Positions 35,901 to 47,368 of a DNA stretch of 64,000 nt are shown here, in pieces. A model generated the notes under the pieces. The model was not told where the DNA came from. It saw only the letters and a program-made list of their open reading frames with translations, and made no database searches. How positions within the stretch are numbered: position 1 is the first letter of the stretch; each line of letters starts with the position of its first letter. A program made the translations under genes and the position numbers. The stretch comes from Naegleria gruberi (lineage: Eukaryota), in assembly GCA_000004985.1 (NCBI GenBank), contig GG738857.1. The stretch is one strand, 5' to 3'.

Positions 35901-36460
35901 ATTCTAATAATATAATTGGAAGTAGTAGTAATATTAGTACAAGAAAAAGAGCTAAAAGTGAAGTAGAAAATGAATTAATTACAACAGGATCATTTATTAA
36001 AAGTAATTCATCAACAACACCCTATCATCATCTTCAACAACCTAAAAAGAAATCTAAATATGATTTTGATGATATGGTAATGGCAGATGAAGATACAGAT
36101 GAAATTGAAGATACAGATGATGATGATTTTCATCAAGAAGATGATGAACAAACTGATTCAGAAGATGATATTTTAATTTCAACTCCAAAACATTCAAATA
36201 TTACTACTATTACTACTACTACTACATTTAATACAAATACTACATTTAATACTACAGCACCACCATCAAGTAGTAATAGTAATAATAATTCTACAACTTC
36301 AATTACAACAACAACACCAACAAAATCATCATCTAAAAAATCTAAAAAGAAGAAATCAACTTCATCTAAAAAGAAAAAGAAGAAGCAAATTACAACTCCT
36401 GTTCGTGTTGATAAAGTTATTAATGATGGTACAAAGATAGTATTTAAATTACAAAAATAA
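32942..36460 (+). CDS. Hypothetical Gln/Asn-rich, coiled-coil low-complexity protein (single exon, about 1170 aa)
   Basis: It is a long ORF with Dictyostelium-like codon bias and poly-Q/N/T tracts. The internal tandem peptide repeat is QSNQLNEQQQLD x~6. No recognisable catalytic domain was found. Confidence 0.5.
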   Translation: MSTPTNHDSSTNLTIQVNGDEMSFNPILLGSMSNNNNNEATSLLQPETSDDYNTSTTQQYHDDNNNNNNINNTSSSSSTQVVEGSIIVEGNIMSESKLSEQDKQSLVKELSKAILGIYMNNVIQTSVKDKIIETATDKTTANILSFYYKRREYLKQQQQYQQQQVKQQVEQVEQQVEQVDQVEQQLNRIIEKEEGLISLDHPTNLDDSITRIDLNDEYQPPITENNSSSNNNILNNIPSSLPSTIDISNNDNDIVMIDQSCNDDNSNINNINHQQQSNQLNEHQQLDINHQSNQLNEQQQLDDQQSNQLNEQYDQQSNQLNESIIQLNNEQLNESPIQLNNNQQLNQLNNKDIETDVENEEEEFYKKYMNDFRNDDLIVNKHEELYPCENSYIDHFREAILLEWNEFKKPIEFKYEYIQTRIEQLKKEYNNIIHLINTDTKYSNNNNNELNCSKLSGISNDNIKNNIMINRSSELYNAFYTPYKRRLDLLQHPFFGSFHDVFNREIEHLNQLKEKQSDLTIISSNWVSATSTNTTINNNSILNDTNTNNNTNNTTNNNNNTNNNLKITYPFPYITTLDILDSIELFKTASISYPPNDRAVPLSFSSILKYNNNNSNINRRNVSSSNRRGRRGASRLSQGKRVGNRSSTSSSTATATSGGGGGGSTNKSKLNDLNQDEDYEENFILYDSTKDVKAAEITVPSFRILTNEQVSELSDEFSDDEDISDVKYCYLHIDKEMQERQKYYIASLPSSSDKKKKKTSDQDSKNLHYTIPNHDTFKLAFEKFNSTNTNTNNTNTNNNHSTTTTTHNDHSHRFKYNDDLSTELKSGKNLISMSNNSINNTSITTTFNDKLTYLVPIEDLQQYSSQQQQSTGPMNAKLAFSKHQFQSKLGSPQKKKDLKKELTSIPRWKLISIESYVPYPILKKCDDPRGNWNDLKLKSLERRSNLTLDLNTELTNNLLFNDLNTINTINNNTIDTINTNINNSNSNSNNIIGSSSNISTRKRAKSEVENELITTGSFIKSNSSTTPYHHLQQPKKKSKYDFDDMVMADEDTDEIEDTDDDDFHQEDDEQTDSEDDILISTPKHSNITTITTTTTFNTNTTFNTTAPPSSSNSNNNSTTSITTTTPTKSSSKKSKKKKSTSSKKKKKKQITTPVRVDKVINDGTKIVFKLQK
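33760..33995 (+). repeat. In-frame tandem repeat (~36-nt units, caatctaatcaattaaatgaaca...) encoding the QSNQLNE(Q/H)QQLD repeats
   Basis: Direct repeats can be seen in the sequence between 33766 and 33990. Confidence 0.6.
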
Positions 36461-36802
36461 TACTATTTAAAATAAATTTAATTTTTTTGAAATCAACATA
36501 TTTAAACCTATTTTGAGATATTAATATTTAATATTTAGGGTAATTGAGGTAATTGGATTTTTTAAATAGTGACTTGATTTTATTTCTTTCAGTGACTGTT
36601 TTGAATAAAGTTTAAAGGCTTGGAACATTAAGGCGAACAAGAAACATACTCTGATTAAGAACAGATAAGGTTGATCATTGTTTACAAAACTCTCAAAAGA
36701 ATATTCATTTCATGCGCGGACATGAGTTCATCGTCATCTATTAATTCCGACCAGTCGGGAGAGAGGAAGAATAGCACCTAATCAATAAAAAAAATATACA
36801 CA

Positions 36803-37129
36803 ATGACTGGAAGCCAACATATCAGTAATACTTATGCAGGACTCCTCACTATCGGAGGTATTGCAGCCTACGCAAAGAAAGGTTCTACACCAAGCTTGGT
36901 TGCAGGTGTTGGTTTAGGTGCGGCTTTTGGAGCATCTAGTTATCTTATTATGCAACAAAAGCATTTTGAAGGACATGCTTTAGCTAGTGCTGCTTCTGTT
37001 GTATTATTGGGTGCTGGTGTTAGTAGATTTTTAAAGGCTTCAAATAAGACTATTCCTTCCATTCTTACCATCTTGGGTTTAATTTCTAGTTATTATCAAA
37101 TTAACAAGGCTATTGAATGGAAGCAATAA
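36803..37129 (+). CDS. TMEM14 family small membrane protein (UPF0136)
   Basis: It is 108 aa with four hydrophobic segments and Gly/Ala-rich helices (GLLTIGGIAAYAKKGSTPSLVAGVGLGAAFGASSY), as in TMEM14 proteins. It has an A-rich ATG context. Confidence 0.65.
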   Translation: MTGSQHISNTYAGLLTIGGIAAYAKKGSTPSLVAGVGLGAAFGASSYLIMQQKHFEGHALASAASVVLLGAGVSRFLKASNKTIPSILTILGLISSYYQINKAIEWKQ

Positions 37130-37443
37130 ATAATTATATATTGGGAATATATGTTTAGTAATACTTTTAATTTATTAAATATTATTTAATTAAATATTTA
37201 ATTTTATTTATTAATTTTAATAATATTATTTCATTATTATATCTAATTGTAATATGATATCTCTCTAATTTTTATTTGAAACATTAACAGTATTTTAATT
37301 TACAAAATAGTAACTAGACTATCCAATAATAGAAATCCATAAACAGTAGTTTCAAAATAGCCTTAACGAACTTTACCGCACACAAAAATAACCATTTCAC
37401 TGTGATGGTTTAATAACAACTTGTAAAAAAGTCAGAATAAGAA

Positions 37444-40400
37444 ATGGCGAATAGAGTAAGACCAATTAATAATGTTGAGGAAAGACGAATGCAACACGAA
37501 CTTCAACAACAATTATCATCCTCAATAATACACAATTCAAATCATCATCTTCAACAACAACAACAAGAATATTATAATAATACCTCCTCTCAATATAGTA
37601 ATAATAATAATAATTCACAACAACATAAACCATCTTCAGCGAGTAAAAGTCATCATCACACTAATTATTACCTTAATACAAGTCAACAACAACAATATTT
37701 TAATAATATACAACCACCACCTCCAAGTAGTAATATAATTAATATTAATGATATTAGAAATAATCAAATAGTAGCATCACAAGCTAGTCAACAACAACAA
37801 AAGACTTCCAATTTAATTCATTCAAATTCATCATCTTACTATCATTCTCATCAACAACAACAACAACAACAATTACCACAAACGTCAGTGCAACAACAAC
37901 CCTATCAATATCAACAATATCTTGATGAACCAATTTATATAGCAGCATCATCATCTACTACTACAACTCCAACTACTAATAATAGTCAACAAAATACAGA
38001 ACAATATTCATTTACCAATTCAAGATCACACGCATCAATAATATCATCTTCAAATTCAACAAATATTACAAATTCAACTAATCAAACAAATACAAGTTCT
38101 AATACAAATATAACAAATATAACCAATTCAAGTAATCAAACTAATGAATCATATATACCTTCTACAGAAATAAATATAGATAGTAATAATGGAGATGAAG
38201 TTGGAATTAAAGTAGTAGTTAGAGTTAGACCATTTAATGAAAGAGAAATTAAATTAAAATCAAAACCAACAATTTCAACTTTAAAACAAAATCATGAAAT
38301 TACTTTAAAAAGAAAATTTAAAGAAGATAAGAAATTTTATTTTGATGATATTTTTGATGAATATTCTACTCAATCTGATGTTTATGCTTCTACTGGTAAA
38401 AGAGTTTTAGATCGTTTTGTTTTGGGTTTTAATGTTTGTTTTATTATTTTTATATTTTTATATTTAATAATATTTAATTTTTATATTTAATAATATTTAA
38501 TAATTTAATTTAATATTTAATAATTTAATATAGTGTTGTATATTTGCATATGGACAAACAGGATCAGGTAAAACAGTATGTATATAATATATTTATAATA
38601 TATTTTAAATTAAAATAGTGGACAATGCAAGGTATAAAAGGAAATGAAAGTAAAGAAGGTATAATGTCTAGATTTGTACGTGAATTATTTACCTATATAG
38701 AAAGAGAACGTAATAGAACAGATATAACATTAAAAGCATCCTATTTTGAAATATATAATGAACAAGTATATGATTTATTAAATCCTAATACAATTAATAC
38801 TCATCCTATTTTAGCCTTTGGATCAAATGTTAATTCAACTTGTTATAATCAAAATAATAATCAAAATAATTCAAATTCAAATAATAATTCAAATTCAAAT
38901 AATGATGATGATAATAATAATAATATAACAATAACAAATATAAATTCAACAACATATGAAATTAGAGAAGATAAAATTAAAGGCATTCATATAAATAATT
39001 TAATAGAAAAACCAATAATACTAGTAAAAGATTTAAATGAAATGTTAATAGAAGGAGCTAGTCGTAGAACGATAGGAGAAACTAAAATGAATCAAGAATC
39101 ATCACGTTCACATGCCTTATTACAAATATATATGGAACAAATAGATAAAGATGATATGGAAGGATATTCTAAAAGAACTAATAAAATATCCTTAATAGAT
39201 TTAGCAGGATCAGAAAGACAATCTGCAACATCAAATATAAATAGACAAAAAGAAGGATCTAAAATTAATTTATCATTATCTAATTTAGGAAATGTAATTA
39301 ATGCAATTGTTAAAAAATCTAATTTTATACCATATAGAAATTCTAAATTAACAAGATTATTAAAAGATTCAATTGGTGGTAATTCATATACTTTAATAGT
39401 TGTATGTTTATCTCCATCAGATTTAAATATGGAAGAATCTTTATCATCTTTATATTTTGCTGATAGAGCTAAACATATTAAAAATAAGTTAAAAATTATT
39501 AGAGGTGATCCTAATTTAGATAAAATTAATTTATTATTACAAAATGAAAAAATATTAAAAAATAGAATTTTAGAATTAGAAAATCAATTATTTTATTATT
39601 TAAATAATAATATTTTATTAAATAGTAATACTTTAAATTCTAACATTTTAAATAGTACTTTACATAATGGTATGATTATATCATCTTTAATACCTAATAA
39701 TAATAATAATTTAAATAATTTAAATAATTTAAATAATAATATAAATAATAATTTAAATAATAATAATAATATAAATAAAAATGAAATATCAATAATGACA
39801 GATTTATATGGATATGAAGTAGATGAAGCATTAGATTATTATAGAACTATTAATGCTATTGAATTACCACCACAATCACAATCAAAAGAAATACAAACTG
39901 ATTATAATTTAAATACTAATAATCAAAATAATTTAAATACTAGTACTTTAAATATTAGTAATCATAGTAATCATATTAAAAATGAAGAAGAAATAAATTT
40001 AAATAATCAACAACAAGAATTAATATTTGATGAAATGAAAGAAGAAATGATTGAACAAGAAAGAAGAGAACAAGAATTATTAGATCAACAAAGATTAGAA
40101 CAAGAAATTATAGATCAATTAGATATGATTGATGATCAACCTGGTGGTATTAATCATCAATATGAATCAAATGTTGGACCTTTTATTCAACATCAACAAT
40201 ATGAATTAGATGATGATCAACAACAATATTATCAACAACATTCACATCCTCATCATGATCAATATGATCAATATCAACAACATGAATTAGATGAACCTTA
40301 TTATAATAATCAACAACATCATTCAAGAAGAAATATAATTGCTGATAAAAGATCAAATGATGATACTCAATATAGAGAATATAATAATACTAAGGGAAGA

Positions 40401-40481
40401 AATCAAATTAAACAAGAAATACCTTCACAAACTGCAAGTGAATATTATAGAGATGAAAAGGAAAAATGTATTATTTTGTAA
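37444..40481 (+). CDS. Kinesin motor protein with N/Q-rich N- and C-terminal extensions. Exons 37444..38433, 38534..38575 (42-nt micro-exon encoding the P-loop), 38619..40481
   Basis: The kinesin motifs appear in order: VRVRPFNERE; spliced ..GFN|CCIFAYGQTGSGKT|WTMQG..GIMSRFVRELF; SSRSHA; LIDLAGSER; NLSLSNLGNVINAI. The introns are GTTTGT..AG and GTATGT..AG and are phase-consistent. Confidence 0.85.
38434..38533 (+). repeat. AT-rich tandem microsatellite (atttaataat/tttatattt units) filling a kinesin intron
   Basis: Visible direct repeats. Similar AT-repeat introns occur at 27690-27780 (PIF1) and 62690-62745 (Sec5-like). Confidence 0.5.
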
Positions 40482-41241
40482 TATTGGGTTGGTTACATTA
40501 TGATGCTTGAATCAAAATGTAGAAGCTTTGGAAAAACTGGTTGTATTTGCTGCCTGTGTTTGTGTGAGCATTTTTATTTGATGTTGTTAACGACAGTTGA
40601 CTCGTAAAATGGTTACGTGATTGATGAGCTGATTTGGGTAATTAACATGTCTATCACAACAAATAGCAGACTTTGTAAAGTTTCAATTTGTTAGAATTTT
40701 CGATTATTGGTGTTATCATATTTTATCACTGTGGATAAGATCCTAAAAAGAAAATACCACTAAATATTACATTATTTATTGGGTGGTTTAGCATGGTTCG
40801 CTGTTCTGACTTTGGTGTTTTTTATGAGTTATGTTGCTCACATTTGATATCGTAGCAAATCCAACATACCTCAAATTGGGTTGTACTTCTATGTATTTAC
40901 ACATACGTAACTATAGTATACCATACATATTGATGAGCACTTTATATTTTATTAGTAGTTTTCAAACTATGTGATTTTGCACGGATGTTAACGAGTCTCT
41001 ATAGTGCACAACAATACTGTAAGTAGGTGCTGATATAGAACAAAATGGAAACATATCCACCGTACGTAGCGTAAATTGATTTTAAATGTTGTATAAAACC
41101 ACATCAGATACAAGCAATTGGTGTGGTTTTAAATGACTACCCTATTGTCTGTTTAATTCCAAAGTTATCCCTGTATATCATTACCAGTATGGTAAATAAC
41201 AGGAGTTAATGGTCATCCAAACATTGGTAACTTAAGTACTC

Positions 41242-41595
41242 TCAATGAATAGTTTCCCAGTTTTCCACTTCCAAGTGTTTAAAGTTAAACCAACAGAAGA
41301 TGATTGAGAGTATATCATGTCTTGTTGAGAATAATTTGGGAATGATTGTTAAGAATAATATATCTGGACATGTCATTTTTGAAATTATTTCCCCATGAAA
41401 CATAGATAACCTCTTTTGTTTAAAACAGCCATATGGCATGTAAATCCTTCTCAAGAATAAAAATAATTGTTGAGATAAGCCAATTTCACTAAACTGTTCA
41501 CATATTCTTCCTTGGTCTTTGGCCACTAGTGAGCCAATTTCATACAATTCATTGTCAGTCACCAGTGGTATGATTTTCAATACAATTTCCTCCAT
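41242..41595 (-). other. Degenerate ORF inside a 2.2-kb ORF-poor region. Weak resemblance to the C-terminal dimerisation domain of a hAT transposase (IP....ER.FS..G order); possible transposon remnant
   Basis: IIPLVTDNELYEIGSLVAKDQGRICEQFSEIGLSQQL matches the hAT consensus ..IP.SS..sER.FS..G only loosely. The surrounding region 40482-42725 lacks the codon bias of neighbouring genes. Confidence 0.15.
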
Positions 41596-42725
41596 TGCAG
41601 GGAATTACACTTCTTGGATTTGTCTAGGAATGAGGGGTTATAGTGAGAATTATTTTACAATCAGAGAGTGGAATTCAGAAGCAACAATCGTTGTGAGTCA
41701 CCATTGAAAATGGTTCTCACTATCACAAGTAATTATTATCAATATCACAATTCGTTTGCAAACATCAAGTTCTTTATCAATATCACCCCTCGAATATGAC
41801 CAAGAAGAAACAATAAATGAAATTTGTTAATTGACATTCAAAGTTGCCTTACTACACTGTTTGATGTGCTTTTCAAATGATAATGTAGCCTTTAATAATT
41901 TATCAGGAGGTTTTGATGTAATTGCTGTTTAAAAAATTTGGAATAGTTTTGTTTTCCAAATTTAATTGACAAAAAATGCATTTTGTATCAAATGTTGTAC
42001 ATTCTCCGTTTACTAAAAAGGTTCTGACTGAATAAAGACCTCACATAAATAAATGAAGAGTTTAGATAGATCTCAGATAATGTCTCTTAATACTTTGGAC
42101 CTATAACTGGTATAATTGATAAACCTTAATATGTTCAAACTTGGGGCGGAAACAAATTTAGTCCCTACAAAGAAAATGGTTGAAATAGCGCACCCTGATC
42201 ATTCACCAGTTCACCTCAACAAATATCTAATAGTCAATAAATTCGCTAATGTGAGAGCGATATTACAAAATCAACGAACACATTTTTCACCATAGGTTAC
42301 CACCTGGGCAATAAATTCGCGAGATTTTAAACCAGAACCCAAACTAGACTCCAATCAAAAATGGATTTAAAGTCGCTTTGTATCTATCTTGGGTCCATTT
42401 AATTTCAAAAAAAAAAGTCTCAATTATTTCATCACTCCCTAATATTAAAATAATAGAGGTAGCGTATTATTATTGTATTAATAATTTTATATTAATATTC
42501 AATGTTTATTAATCTGATGATTGATCCATTTACAATTGATCAAAAACATTATGATCATTTTATGCAATTCCTCCTATTTTCCTCCAAAACTGTTATTTAT
42601 GCAATTCCTATTTTCCTCCCCTACACTGTTAATCATAATATGATAATAATAATATGATAATAATAATAGAAAAATGTCAAATTTAGCCAAACATTTAGCA
42701 CCAACTGTTCATCAAGATAATCAAC

Positions 42726-44456
42726 ATGCAGCAGCAGATCATACCAGTATTATATGAACAAGCATTAAAACATGAAAGAGGTACAGCATTAACTTGTACA
42801 GGTGCACTTGTTGCTTTTAGTGGACAAAAGACAGGTCGTTCACCTAAAGATAAACGTATTGTTTCAGAAGAAACATCAAAAGATGATATTTGGTTTGGTC
42901 CTGTTAATATTCCATTAAGTGAAGATTCATTTATGGTTAATAGAGAACGTGCTGTTGATTATTTAAATACACGTGAACAATTATACGTTTTTGATGGTTA
43001 TGCTGGTTGGGATCCAAAATATAGAATTAAGATTAGAGTTGTTTCTACACGTGCTTATCATGCTCTATTCATGAGAAATATGTTAATTAGACCAACTCAA
43101 CAAGAATTATTAGATTTTGGTGAACCTGATTATGTTATTTATAATGCAGGTGAATTCCCTGCTAATCGTTATACTAAGGGTTTGTTTTTTTTTATTTTTA
43201 TACTATAACATACTAATATTTTATTACTTTATACTCTATCATTTATACTATCATATATACTATCATTTATACTATCATATCAATATATACATACTATTAT
43301 ATATTATAAAATAATAGGAATGACATCAAGTTGTTCAATTTCATTAAATTTTAAGAGACGTGAAATGGTAATATTAGGATCACAATATGCAGGTGAAATG
43401 AAGAAGGGAGTATTTACCATAATGCATTATTTAATGCCAAAACAAGGAGTACTTTCACTTCATAGTAGTTGTAATGAAGGTAAAGATGGTAGTGTTTCAT
43501 TATTTTTTGGATTATCAGGTACAGGTAAAACAACATTATCAGCAGATCCTAATAGATATTTAATTGGTGATGATGAACATGTATGGACAGAAAGTGGTGT
43601 TTTTAATATTGAAGGTGGTTGTTATGCTAAATGTATTGGTTTAAAGAGAGAAACTGAACCTGAAATTTATGATGCATTGAAATTTGGTTCAGTTTTAGAA
43701 AATGTAATGATGGATGAAGTTACACGTCAAGTTGAATATGAAAGTTCAGAAATTACAGAAAATACTCGTGCTTGTTATCCATTAGAATATATTCCAAATT
43801 CTAAAATACCTGCCATTACAAAACATCCAAACAATATCATTTTATTAACTTGTGATGCATTTGGTGTTTTACCACCTGTTTCTAAATTGAACATTCCACA
43901 AACAATGTATCATTTCATTAGTGGTTATACTGCTAAAGTAGCTGGTACTGAAGTTGGTGTTACTGAACCACAAGCTACATTCTCTGCCTGTTTTGGTGAA
44001 CCATTCCTTGTTTTACATCCAACTAAATATGCTGAAATGTTAGCTGAAAAATTAGAACAACACTCTGCAACTGCTTGGTTACTTAATACTGGATGGGTTG
44101 GTGGTAGTGCTGGTTCTAAATCAAAGGTACGTGGTAAGAGATGTCCATTAAAATATACACGTGCCATTATTGATGCTATTCATAATGGTGAATTGGTTCA
44201 AGCTCCAACTGTTGAAATGGAAATCTTTGGTTTGCATGTTCCAACTAAATGTACTGGTGTTCCAGATGATTTATTATTACCAAAGAATGCTTGGTCTGAT
44301 AAGGATGCCTACGATGATGAATTGAACAAGTTATGTATCTTGTTTAATAAGAACTTTGAAGCTTATGCTGATAGAGCTTCTCAACAAGTTCTTGCTGCTG
44401 GTCCAAAATCTACCTCCACTAAACATTACGATGTTAAACTCATTCGTGAAGCTTAA
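42726..44456 (+). CDS. pckA: Phosphoenolpyruvate carboxykinase (ATP-utilising). Exon 42726..43179, intron 43180..43317, exon 43318..44456. The start codon is uncertain
   Basis: It is colinear with ATP-type PEPCK (E. coli PckA / yeast Pck1): [21 protein letters not shown]; [11 protein letters not shown]; [29 protein letters not shown]; [16 protein letters not shown]; [15 protein letters not shown]; LNTGWVGG. Confidence 0.9.
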
Positions 44457-44590
44457 ATAAATTTTATTATTCTTCTATTTTTGTACTATAATATTATTAA
44501 AGAAAAAGAGACAGAGTTGGGATGATCGTGCATGTTTACCTTTGAAATATTTCAATGATGAGTAACAAGTCCAGTCATATTAATTGAAAT

Positions 44591-45952
44591 TTAATGTTTT
44601 TTAACAGATAAAACAATTAAACCTCTTGGTACTAATTGAGCTTCCAATAATGTAACCTTCTTAAATTGACGAGAATCAAAATCCATGTTTGGATATTGTC
44701 TTCTGAACTGTAAATCATCAAATCTAATATCCTTTAAACCATCCGATGAAATTTTCAACAATACTTGTTGATATAAATCATTTAGAGTATTCTTTCCATA
44801 CAAGGTATTTTCAATCTTGACACAATTCCCATTTGGTAATCTTACTTGAATTGAACATGGAGTATTTATATTACATGATGAAATGGAAATTACATTGTTA
44901 CTACTTGAATTACTTGAATTGTTACTATTTGAATTACTATTACTTGAATCAAATATAGCTGATGGTGAATGTGAATTGGATGATAAATTATTTAATTTTT
45001 CTAATTTTTCTAATCTTTCTTTTTTATCTAATTCTAAATTTCTTCTAACTTGTTCCATTTCCTTCTTTTTTTTTAATTTTTCTAATTTTGCATGTTCAAT
45101 TTCCTTTTCACGTTGACGATTTCTAAATTTTTCCTTCTCTTCAATTGTATCACCTTTTAATCTGTAGGATGAACCAAAATTTTGTAAAATATATTCAACA
45201 GGTAAATAATTTAATTCATGATTAATATTTAAATCTTGAATTAAATTATTAATTGTAAATGCAAATTCACTTTCATCATTTTCAATAATTAAATTACCAT
45301 TTGGAGTTAATTCTAATTCTTTTAAATTATATAAATTCATATTTTAAATAATGGTATTTTAATTTTAATACCATTATAATCTTTTCCTTTTTCAGAATTA
45401 AATATATATTGACATATTTGTGTTAATTTATCATTTGATTCAAATTTAACTTTACTAATTGAACCATCTATAAATCTAATTTGTAAAATACATGGTTCAT
45501 TTTCTTCTAATTGACTTTCAAATATAGTTTCAGTTATTTCATTTGGTTTAGTTGGTGAATTTAATTTTAGACTATTATCTATATTCATTTTCAGAATTTA
45601 ATTTTTCTAAATATTTCTTTTTTTCTGTATTTGGATTTAAAATTGAAATTAAATTTGATGGAATTAATGATTCTCTTTCTTTTAATATTTCTTCATTGGA
45701 TTTTTCAATTAATTTTAATTTTTTAGTTTTTATATTATTATTATTATTAGGAGTATTTGATGATATATTATTATTAATAGTTGTCGTGTTATTTGATGAT
45801 GAAGGTGATGATGATGATATACTATTATTATTATTATTTAAATTTGATGGTGATGGAGGTGGAGTAGAAGTATTGTTGTTACCTAATAAACGATTTCTTC
45901 TCTCTGCTGCTAAACGACGATAATCAGCAAGTGGATCCGATGATGATGACAT
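44591..45952 (-). CDS. UBX domain-containing protein (p47/UBXN-like). Three consecutive ORFs (45952..45575, 45588..45337, 45340..44591) overlap by a few nt in different frames, implying two 1-nt frame changes at A-runs
   Basis: The C-terminal CSIQVRLPNGNCVKIENTLYGKNTLNDLYQQV...RQYP...TLLEAQLVP is a UBX beta-grasp fold. The middle ORF has a second ubiquitin-like segment (PCILQIRFIDGSISKVKFESNDKLTQICQYI). There is a Glu/Lys coiled coil. The ATG at 45952 has an aaaaaaaaATG context. Confidence 0.6.
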
Positions 45953-46315
45953 TTTTTTTTAATGTTCATTGTTCAAATTGATCCAATATTTACTGTTACA
46001 TTGATTCAATAGGATGAACTTGAAGTGACACTCATAATTATTTTAAAAATTACCAATGGAAAACCAACAACTTCATTTGAATAATTGTAAACTTTTCCCA
46101 TTGAAATAGCTTGTAAAACAATTTCTATGTCTGATTCTTTAAATTAAACTTGAACTTGTTTCCATTGAACAAGTTTAAATTGTTTAAGTTTACCAAACTC
46201 TTCAGCCTTAATATCAAAAAATTTTTATTGAAAGCAATATTACACTTAAAGCTACAATTAAGGTTCCTTTTTAGAACAGCTAGAAATATTATGTTGAAAG
46301 AGAATTAATGTGAAA

Positions 46316-46386
46316 TCGGGTGTGGTATAGTGGTAGCATTCCAGACTGTCACTCTGGCGACCCGGGTTCAATTCCCGGCACTCGAG
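46316..46386 (+). tRNA. tRNA-Asp (anticodon GTC)
   Basis: TCGGGTG-TG-GTATAGTGGTAGCAT-T-CCAGA-CTGTCAC-TCTGG-CGAC-CCGGG-TTCAATT-CCCGG-CACTCGA-G. The acceptor stem has 7 bp including one G.U pair. The anticodon loop CTGTCAC gives anticodon GUC, and the T-loop is TTCAATT. A T5 run at 46392-46396 serves as the Pol III terminator. Confidence 0.85.
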
Positions 46387-46391
46387 ATTAA

Positions 46392-46396
46392 TTTTT
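46392..46396 (+). terminator. RNA polymerase III T-run terminator downstream of tRNA-Asp
   Basis: TTTTT lies 6 nt after the discriminator base. Confidence 0.5.
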
Positions 46397-47084
46397 GACA
46401 TTATCTCCAAAATTTGAGTTTTAATTTTTTCATCATAAGAGGAATGATATGTAATCTAGCCAATTATCAATTTTCAAAGTTATATCTCTTAAAACCACCG
46501 AGAAAATAATCAAAGATTTTAAAGTGTCATATTCCTTAAAAATATTCCAAGATGCCCTTTTTAGTTCCATTTGTTCTTTCCTCTCATTGTTTTCCTGCAT
46601 AACTCAATGGTTGTTGATATGATGGAATTGCCTTCTTATCAAATGTCTTAATTTCAACACGAAGAGCAAGAAGAAGATATCTATTTGGGAGAAAATTCAA
46701 ATCCAAAATTGGAATATATTCTCTAACTTTAATATTTTGTAAAATATTGATTGACAAAATTGAAAAAACACACCTTCCCATTTGAGATTAGGAATTAATT
46801 TCCAAAAGTATTGAATACTTGCAATCATGATTACCTTGTTTTTGGTTTCTTCTGCATTGATGGATTGAAAATTTTTGGGTTAACATTTGTCGAGTAATGG
46901 AGCTAGACCATTGATCAGTTTGATTGTTGGCAGTTAAAGCTTTTGTGTAAAATGGAAGAAACAACTTGTTTTGGATCTAGATCATCTAATCTAGTTTCTG
47001 ATAGATTGTTGAAAGATAAGGAAATTTCCACTGCCAGTAAACGAAGATATCCAATCTTATATTCATTGTGTTTGGGAAATGAAT

Positions 47085-47202
47085 GGCTACGGCCATATCA
47101 CGATGAATGCACCTCATCCCGTCCGATTTGAGAAGTTAAGCATCGTCGAGCCACATCAGTACTGAGGTTGGAGACAACTTGGGAACCTGTGGTGCTGTAG
47201 TC
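47085..47202 (+). rRNA. 5S ribosomal RNA, copy 1
   Basis: GGCTACGGCCATATCACGATGAATGCACCTCATCCCGTCCGATTTGAGAAGTTAAGC...GGGAACCTGTGGTGCTGTAGTC aligns along its length to eukaryotic 5S consensus (GCCTACGGCCATACCAC...CCCGTCCGATCTG.GAAGTTAAGC...GGGAATACCGGGTGCTGTAGGC). Helix I pairs, and TTTTT follows at 47203-47207. Confidence 0.9.
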
Positions 47203-47207
47203 TTTTT
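47203..47207 (+). terminator. Pol III T5 terminator after 5S copy 1
   Basis: TTTTT run immediately 3' of helix I. Confidence 0.5.
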
Positions 47208-47368
47208 ATCTTTATGGAGAGTTTGTTCATTTACAAGTAAGTTTAACGATGATTAATCTGTCTTTGGAAAGAGGTTAATGAAAGGAAGAAGTTTTGTTTG
47301 ATATTAACAATATTGGAAGCTTGTTTTTATTGATTCATTACAATATTGAGTACTGCCATTTTAAACAA

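Larger units (their letters stand above)
47085..47290 (+). repeat. Duplicated unit: 5S rRNA gene plus about 90 nt of conserved 3' flank (copy 1). The other copy is at 49053..49262
   Basis: The downstream flanks share atttacaagt / aagtttaa(c/t)gatgattaa / tctgtcttt-g / gaaagg with small indels. The 5S bodies differ at 2 positions. Confidence 0.7.

Noticed and set aside
41242-41707. Calling an intact transposase or mobile element in the ORF-poor block
   Set aside because: There is only a faint, non-significant motif resemblance to hAT. No DDE triad and no inverted repeats were identified by eye, and the ORFs are short and degenerate.
42675-42726. The upstream ATG at 42675 as the PEPCK start
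   Set aside because: It is in a different frame and hits TGA after 27 codons. No phase-consistent short intron could be found to join it to the PEPCK frame.
2700-45590. Programmed ribosomal frameshifting (Euplotes-like) as the explanation for the split ORFs
   Set aside because: The shifts do not occur at AAA-TAA/TAG shifty stops. TGA, TAA and TAG all act as genuine stops in long homologous ORFs here. The sites are homopolymer runs typical of sequencing indels.
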